From the NCBI GenBank assembly GCA_049414405.1, contig JBMSAQ010000013.1, positions 1-20,243 on the forward strand: a stretch of 20,243 bases of DNA. The letters are read 5' to 3'. The stretch comes from Candidatus Nanopusillus sp. (GTDB taxonomy: Archaea; Nanobdellota; Nanobdellia; Nanobdellales; Nanobdellaceae). Positions 15,701-20,243 of the stretch are shown piece after piece. The notes beneath the pieces are model-generated. The model did no database searches. It was not told where the DNA came from and was given only the letters and a program-made list of their open reading frames with translations. The translations under genes and the position numbers were made by a program. Each line of letters opens with the position of its first letter. Position 1 is the first letter of the stretch.

Positions 15701-16182
15701 ATGTTATAAATAAAACATACTTACCACAATTAACACAAGATCATCCTTTATTTAAACTAATCTATATGGCATTTAAATTCTTTATGGTATTATCTTTTGT
15801 AGGTACCTTTTTAGTATTTTTATTGGGACCTCAGGGATTATATCATATAGGAATTCCCGAAATAGATAAATATATGAATGACATGAAAAGAATAATGGAC
15901 TCTTCAAGCTCTACTATAACAGAAATGCAACGTAATATGTTTTTTGTACCATTCGGTATAGTAATATTAGCAGCCAGTATAATTCAAGCTATATGGTTAG
16001 GAATACAAATAATGGGGGTATTTATATCATATATGATATCGCCATTATCCGTAGTATTAGGACCATTTGCGAATATATTGGCGATGGTAATTCAAGGAAT
16101 ATTAGTATACGGATCAATAATAGTAATAGTAGTGTATATGATAACAATGGTTTTCGCATTGGCCGGAAGAAATCTATTTTAA
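12787..16182 (+). CDS. secreted/anchored adhesin-like glycoprotein (1131 aa): signal peptide, DUF2341-like domain, ConA/LamG-like lectin-type domain, sequon-dense beta-rich region, polytopic C-terminal membrane anchor
   Basis: The signal-like N-terminus is MIKKFLKLFGIFLLIFFSYNVYS. The DUF2341 signature is GWQYYRQITINN...YQILVTLDT...CGDIRFTD...LNYWVE...IWVKVP...IYLWYGNP. The following FDDFDGNTLNTSKWTV is typical of ConA-like/LamG folds. I counted roughly 40 N-x-S/T sequons by hand. About 6-8 TM helices run from about nt 15500 to the end. Confidence 0.8.
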   Translation: MIKKFLKLFGIFLLIFFSYNVYSLNGWQYYRQITINNTQNPNNLIDYQILVTLDTQSLISQGKMKSDCGDIRFTDSDRTTLLNYWVESGTCNSQNTFIWVKVPLIPGNSNKTIYLWYGNPNAISLSNGDLVFEFFDDFDGNTLNTSKWTVNGYDGFWGVFYSVSNSMLTIWSDNRWRILRMNRNFGPNDTIAIEVKFRKTAASAWHVNYLVQHNGANHNRLGLSDEHYPGDDMGIQLVVNNNWYYPKNFGSFSNNVWYISRIIKKDSTTLYLDVLTSNRGFINSYETTQSAWSSVIWTWVTWQFHNTNVTYDWVFVRKYTNPEPIIILGSEHVPLTSTISVNTLTNFQFNVSIYNLISEYVNYTVYLNGLILTTNNISINAFQTLTTPHEFPYLLNQSGTYNLTVIAYGQTSRVTSVSIAIFNIQLDQLNVTLEPYYTYNNINYTNLYNSNLRITYYCMRPNNTLIIYNNITNRTLQINLSCNYIQTINNLRVNLTPILQNNTLNHINGSLLYGNQSFRNISFIPLWNTLNITLTTNIPAFSIYTSPLSLNYSINVRDVLPNVVCNITLYDNNTIVQTHQTTLTNASSPIYSWTISQAPIHNLRWHIYCYNPVNLTYIIDQRNGTFYYNSFDFRMEDTGNVPSNISYSLSLMCNNGTTIYSNANMTTYTIYAWTNDQCNFILVSQNIQGITYTMGYSTNLLSRYSHQWPICLINPQLLYYSNLIVGNQPYQDTLIAVLNPQTGCYLLGSYLYLLSSNVYYAPISVRTGALYSIRVNNTFLATVQGQQQQAISLDSLISRVIASNNQTINLIVGYPVVNYTNESGVPKLTIIAPANISSAIVTIYQNNQIYTNYTFESIGLNILDIYLRDLPSNYTFSSTNYVVVKLTYTNGLTHTVTYPFDYLERIALPAFLVYFLSIILLYTWIRTFSYYQKLIFAGFGLVLILALLTSFIIDSIAPLFLTAGIFLFFIADVINKTYLPQLTQDHPLFKLIYMAFKFFMVLSFVGTFLVFLLGPQGLYHIGIPEIDKYMNDMKRIMDSSSSTITEMQRNMFFVPFGIVILAASIIQAIWLGIQIMGVFISYMISPLSVVLGPFANILAMVIQGILVYGSIIVIVVYMITMVFALAGRNLF

Positions 16183-16188
16183 CCTAAA

Positions 16189-16521
16189 ATGGATCAAATA
16201 AACTATATAAATAATACAATTCAAATGTCCGAAATTGTTAACAAAACATTACAATTTATAACATTTAAAGATATTTATTCATACATATTATTAAATATTC
16301 TTTTAGTCGCTTTAGTGATTGCATTAGAAAGCCAAAGGGTTGAAAATATCGTTATATTATTATTAGAAATAGCTATAATACAATGGTTTTTTGTATTTGC
16401 ATTATTAGGATTATTAAGTATAGGTTATATAGATTTTCCACCAACAGTAATAATACAATATTTTATGGCACCGGCAGTAATATTATTAGTATTAGCTTTA
16501 GTATTATCTAAAGTAACATAG
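16189..16521 (+). CDS. hypothetical membrane protein (110 aa, ~3 TM)
   Basis: Hydrophobic helices. It starts 6 nt after the previous stop, and its stop directly abuts the next ATG (tagATG). Confidence 0.55.
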   Translation: MDQINYINNTIQMSEIVNKTLQFITFKDIYSYILLNILLVALVIALESQRVENIVILLLEIAIIQWFFVFALLGLLSIGYIDFPPTVIIQYFMAPAVILLVLALVLSKVT

Positions 16522-17868
16522 ATGGTATATATAAAGGATATATCAGATATAAGACGTTTAAAATCCGACGACATATTTGAGTTGTTTTCTAAAGGGGAAT
16601 TATATAAAAAAGTATTAGATAAAAAATGGTCAGATAAAAGCAACATTATTAAAAAGTTTCAAAACCCGTTTGATTTTTTAGAAGGTACTGCAGAAACAAT
16701 TAAACAAAGTGTAACATCATCAATTGATGAAGATTATTGGTTATTGGTTTTAGGTGAACCCGGTACGGGTAAATCTACTTTATCCGTAGCATTGTATAAA
16801 CATATTATGTATAAGTTAGGTTATACTTTAGATCAAATTAAAGATCATTTATATATAGATGTTTGTTATTTACCATATGATTATTTAGGCAGGATTAATT
16901 TACATGGTGATGAAATTGAAGAAAAAGGCAAAATATTCCCACATCCTATAATTTTAGATGAGGCTCATAATATGTTTGATTTATTTGCTGAGGGTTCTAC
17001 AAATGTGGCGAGAAAAATATTACAAAGAATATTTGAAATAAGAGAATATAGATTAGTCCATATAGTAAATACACAAATACCTCGCCATATTGCTAAAAGG
17101 GCTTTAGAAAGATTTCATTCATTAATAATTTTATGGAAAGAACCCATATATTTTGGTGATGAAAAAACAAAAGCTTTAGAAGAAACATATCTAAGCTATA
17201 TGCAAAATATTTTAAAAATAAAACCACGGACGGATGAAGGTATTGGGTATTTTTTATGGGGGGTACTTTATGGCGAAAGTTTTACACATGATGTTTTAGG
17301 ATGGATTATAAAGCACGGAGTTAGAATTAGAGAATTAAGAAAAATTCTTATAAGATTTGATCCTAAATTTATTTTCCCTATGACATTAATATTGCATGAG
17401 GTTTCAGATTTAAGACCTATCTATTTTAATATAAAACTATATAATAATGGAATTAAGAAATTATATGATGAATTTGGAATAAAAGGATCTAAAAAAACAA
17501 TATTTTTAAAAGCTTTAACCGAATTAGGTAAATATTTTAATAAGATGGATCCAAATAAAAGAAATGAAAAAGGATATATTGTATTAGATGAACCCATACT
17601 TATAGAAATAGATAGTAAAACAGAATATAAAGTATTAAAAAAAATAGGCCGTGTAAAATTTAATATAGACCTTGAAAAGATCTCTAAAAAAACTAAAAAG
17701 AAAGAAAAAACAAAGACTAAAAAATTAATAGAAACATCCTCTTATTCTGATGAATCTTACGTTAATATTTATAGTATTAATCCTAAAATTTATAATTTCC
17801 TAAAAAGCAATTATATTACATTACAAAAAAGATATAAATTACATGAAGCTATAGGATTTAAGCTATGA
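16522..17868 (+). CDS. P-loop NTPase (448 aa), candidate DNA packaging/transfer or replication ATPase
   Basis: Walker A is LGEPGTGKST (nt 16753 onward). Walker B is PIILDEAH (DEAH at nt 16957-16968). A Lys-rich KKTKKKEKTKTKK segment lies near the C-terminus. Confidence 0.75.
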   Translation: MVYIKDISDIRRLKSDDIFELFSKGELYKKVLDKKWSDKSNIIKKFQNPFDFLEGTAETIKQSVTSSIDEDYWLLVLGEPGTGKSTLSVALYKHIMYKLGYTLDQIKDHLYIDVCYLPYDYLGRINLHGDEIEEKGKIFPHPIILDEAHNMFDLFAEGSTNVARKILQRIFEIREYRLVHIVNTQIPRHIAKRALERFHSLIILWKEPIYFGDEKTKALEETYLSYMQNILKIKPRTDEGIGYFLWGVLYGESFTHDVLGWIIKHGVRIRELRKILIRFDPKFIFPMTLILHEVSDLRPIYFNIKLYNNGIKKLYDEFGIKGSKKTIFLKALTELGKYFNKMDPNKRNEKGYIVLDEPILIEIDSKTEYKVLKKIGRVKFNIDLEKISKKTKKKEKTKTKKLIETSSYSDESYVNIYSINPKIYNFLKSNYITLQKRYKLHEAIGFKL

Positions 17869-18352
17869 TGATTTTCTTTTTCTTTTTCATTATATAGATT
17901 GTATTTATTATATTTATAACGAATATAATAAGAGAACCCACTATATAACCTAAAATATTACCTATGGTTTTTGAAATTATTAAGAATATTACCCAAAATA
18001 TTATAGATGTAATTGATAAATAGATTAACATATGAATAAGAGGGGCTTTTTTGTATAAGATGTCAACTAATTTAAATTGTAATTTTAGTTTTTCTAATCC
18101 TGTTGATAATACCGATTCTTCAGTTAATTTATTTATATTATATATTTTGTTAATTATAGGATATGTTACTTTCCAAAATGCAAAATCTATAAAACTATTT
18201 ACTGGAACTTTAGCGCCATATACATTTATAGTTAATATTGGTCTTTTAGTCAATTTACTAATATAGCTAAATACCGGTAAGAATAATAGAGCACTTACTA
18301 CAATACCTATAATAAAAGAAATTATAAAATTATGATCCATGTTTCCACCCAA
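17858..18352 (-). CDS. hypothetical membrane protein (164 aa, ~3-4 TM)
   Basis: Hydrophobic helices. It overlaps the upstream AAA+ gene, and the start may instead be the Met at 18340. Its 3' end overlaps the convergent ATPase gene by 11 nt. Confidence 0.55.
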   Translation of the reverse strand: MGGNMDHNFIISFIIGIVVSALLFLPVFSYISKLTKRPILTINVYGAKVPVNSFIDFAFWKVTYPIINKIYNINKLTEESVLSTGLEKLKLQFKLVDILYKKAPLIHMLIYLSITSIIFWVIFLIISKTIGNILGYIVGSLIIFVINIINTIYIMKKKKKIIIA

Positions 18353-19766
18353 AAGTACCTTTTACCAAATCTTTAGCCACATTTTCAATTATGCCAGCAT
18401 TTAAATCTGTTTCAGGATCATCTACAATAGTATTTAATTCTAAACCTCTTAACTTTTTAGCTATCATAATAGCAAATGTTCTAGACCTGCCTTTTAAATC
18501 TGAAAGTTTTGATGAGTTATACTTTGCTTTAAATATTTCTTGCTTTATTTGGTTAATCATTGCAATAAAATAAGGCGCACTCATTGTTTTATCTATTATA
18601 TATTTATTTACATCAAATTCTTCATCTATTATACTTATAATTGCTAATCTATCTACAAATGCACTAATTGATCCATGATTTAACCCCCTCTTAGCTAATT
18701 CCCCCTTTAACCATTCTCTCGCATCTTTTATAAAGTCTATTAAATTTTCATGACTAATTTTATCAACATTACCTAAAAATATAAATCCCACATCCCTTTT
18801 AATTACATCTCTCTCAGATTTAGATGAAGCACTTCCTTTTTCTATGTGCCATACCCCTTGTGCTAATCCACTTTCTGAATATGATATAAATTCATCAAAT
18901 TTATCTTTTTCCAAATTTTTATCAAATGCATCTATTACAATATAGTCATTATGAAATATGGCTCCCAATATTCCAGAACGTGCGTCCATAATTAATCTTG
19001 TTCTTGAAGGAAATTTTCCAAATATTGCAATTTTCATAATATTAATTAACTTTACATAAAATGTTGTTTTACCTGTGCCGGGTTTTGTAAATTGTAAAGT
19101 ATGGGTATACTTTGTAAAGTCATCATTTAATTTTATGGGAAATAGTGATAAAACCCTAGGTAAATATATTTTTCTTAATAATATATATTCATCTTTATTC
19201 ATATCAAAGGGGTTTATTCCTATGGCACATAAGAACAAATCAAACCAATTAACTTTATATTTTTCTTTAATTTCTAATAATTCTTTAGTCCTTATTTCAA
19301 CCTTTGCTAAATCCATATAAGATTTTACATAGAATTTATTACGCTTTTTATCTTTTGCAATAATATTTAAATATAATAATCTTGCTTTCATGACCTCACT
19401 TAATATATCGATTAAATCTTTATCGTTTATATCGGGATTATTTCTTTTTAAAGTATCTTCATTAAAAACAACATTAACACCATTTGATAGTTTTGCTATA
19501 AATTCTAAGGGAGATCTTACCTTTATCTCAGTAACCCGTCCAATAAATTCTATAGAACCTTTTCTTAATAATTTTAATATAAATTCTTTTTCCTTTTCGG
19601 GTTTGCTTAAATATATAATATCAACAATATTTAATTTCCAATCATGTATAAATGGCAAATATGGGCTAATACCTTCATATTTTTCTTCAGAAAGATCTAT
19701 ATCTTCAGGTATTGTATTCATAAAAATTGGTTCATTAAAAATTTCTTTTAAGTCATAATCAACCAT
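18330..19766 (-). CDS. AAA+ ATPase (478 aa) with MCM/MoxR/Mg-chelatase-like (helix-2-insert clade-like) motifs; candidate replicative or remodelling ATPase
   Basis: Walker A is FTKPGTGKTT (nt 19062-19085). Walker B is YIVIDAFDKN (compare MCM IDEFDK). The sensor-1-like motif is GFIFLGN. The Arg-finger-like motif is SAFVDRLAIISI (compare SRFDL / ALLDRF). The ~220-aa N-terminal domain is unrecognised. Confidence 0.65.
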   Translation of the reverse strand: MVDYDLKEIFNEPIFMNTIPEDIDLSEEKYEGISPYLPFIHDWKLNIVDIIYLSKPEKEKEFILKLLRKGSIEFIGRVTEIKVRSPLEFIAKLSNGVNVVFNEDTLKRNNPDINDKDLIDILSEVMKARLLYLNIIAKDKKRNKFYVKSYMDLAKVEIRTKELLEIKEKYKVNWFDLFLCAIGINPFDMNKDEYILLRKIYLPRVLSLFPIKLNDDFTKYTHTLQFTKPGTGKTTFYVKLINIMKIAIFGKFPSRTRLIMDARSGILGAIFHNDYIVIDAFDKNLEKDKFDEFISYSESGLAQGVWHIEKGSASSKSERDVIKRDVGFIFLGNVDKISHENLIDFIKDAREWLKGELAKRGLNHGSISAFVDRLAIISIIDEEFDVNKYIIDKTMSAPYFIAMINQIKQEIFKAKYNSSKLSDLKGRSRTFAIMIAKKLRGLELNTIVDDPETDLNAGIIENVAKDLVKGTFGWKHGS

Positions 19767-20202
19767 TTTTTAGCTTATGTTTTAGATATTTTATGCTTTT
19801 TAGTATCACATAAGTTATTGGTGGTGTTAATAAAAGTGTAAGTCCTATTTCTTTTATTAATAATTCAGGTATATATGTAAATATAGAAGCTATATATAAT
19901 GCAAATATTAATAATATATCTATAATTACTGTAAAGATAATTATCGATCTATAATATTCCCATTCTTCTTTATTTTCCATAAGGAAACCTATCCCAATTA
20001 TTGCTGATGTTATAAAGAGTGCAAATGTAACAGCTATGGGGGGAGGCATTTCTTTAATAGTAGCGACTAAACCCATAGGTGCATCTTCAGTTAATCCTAA
20101 TGAATACATTAATAGATATAATATTACCATAATAAACCCTGTAAGTAAAAAAGCTGCTGTAGCCAATCCTAAACTTTCTCTATGGGATAATTCTTTATTC
20201 AC
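19759..20202 (-). CDS. hypothetical polytopic membrane protein (147 aa), GTG start
   Basis: About 4 hydrophobic helices. The start codon is GTG (complement of 20200-20202) and overlaps the upstream stop as GTGA. Its 3' end overlaps the AAA+ gene start by 8 nt. Confidence 0.55.
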   Translation of the reverse strand: MNKELSHRESLGLATAAFLLTGFIMVILYLLMYSLGLTEDAPMGLVATIKEMPPPIAVTFALFITSAIIGIGFLMENKEEWEYYRSIIIFTVIIDILLIFALYIASIFTYIPELLIKEIGLTLLLTPPITYVILKSIKYLKHKLKNG

Positions 20203-20243
20203 TTTTCTAATTTCTTTAATTCTTCTTTAAGCTTTTTCTTTTC
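20199..20243 (-). CDS. 3' end of a further minus-strand gene truncated by the window edge (…EKKKLKEELKKLEK*)
   Basis: Found by hand. The frame is open from the window edge to the TGA at 20201-20199, which is coupled to the next gene's GTG. The tail is charged and coiled-coil-like. Confidence 0.35.
   Translation of the reverse strand, partial: EKKKLKEELKKLEK

Noticed and set aside
18051-19758. Plus-strand ORFs 18051-18266, 18391-18573, 19075-19320 and 19390-19758
   Set aside because: All lie antisense within the minus-strand membrane-protein and AAA+ ATPase genes, whose Walker A/B and sensor motifs establish the true frame. Their translations are Ser/Phe/Ile-rich with no motifs.
1-20243. A CRISPR array, rRNA genes, or terminal inverted repeats / insertion sequences
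   Set aside because: I saw no regularly spaced direct repeats of 24-40 nt, no GC-rich structured RNA-like blocks and no transposase-like ORFs. The only repeats found are the short intergenic palindromes and iteron-like repeats reported above. The two window ends share no obvious sequence.

Overview
This is a very AT-rich window that uses the standard genetic code (many ATGA start/stop overlaps). It has archaeal-style gene organisation: no Shine-Dalgarno motifs, and TATA-like boxes about 26-28 nt upstream of the first ATG of each gene block, which suggests leaderless transcripts. I read it as part of an archaeal mobile genetic element, either a virus/provirus or an integrative plasmid, not ordinary chromosome. 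From left to right it contains: (i) a compact tyrosine recombinase and a Dam-like (D12 class) N6-adenine DNA methyltransferase on the minus strand, flanked by intergenic regions full of palindromes and direct repeats; (ii) a 3.2-kb run of about 9 tightly coupled genes for small, extremely hydrophobic membrane proteins; (iii) a block of small soluble helical proteins of unknown function, interrupted by a single antisense gene with a 34-bp back-to-back promoter region; (iv) a morphogenesis-like module with visibly higher GC, made of a 135-aa protein with two hydrophobic helices (the architecture of spindle-shaped-virus major capsid proteins), a 1001-aa protein with a proline-rich tail, a second two-helix 136-aa protein, a 1131-aa secreted DUF2341 + ConA/LamG-like protein with roughly 40 N-glycosylation sequons and a polytopic C-terminal anchor, and a P-loop ATPase; (v) a convergent minus-strand operon encoding an AAA+ ATPase with MCM/MoxR-like motifs between membrane proteins. 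This gene content resembles what is published for the PAV1/TPV1 viruses and the pT26-2/TKV1/MMPV1 family of Thermococcales/Methanococcales elements. I cannot confirm homology without a database search. Most proteins have no function I can recognise. No tRNA, rRNA, CRISPR array or element boundary (att site) is visible in the window.
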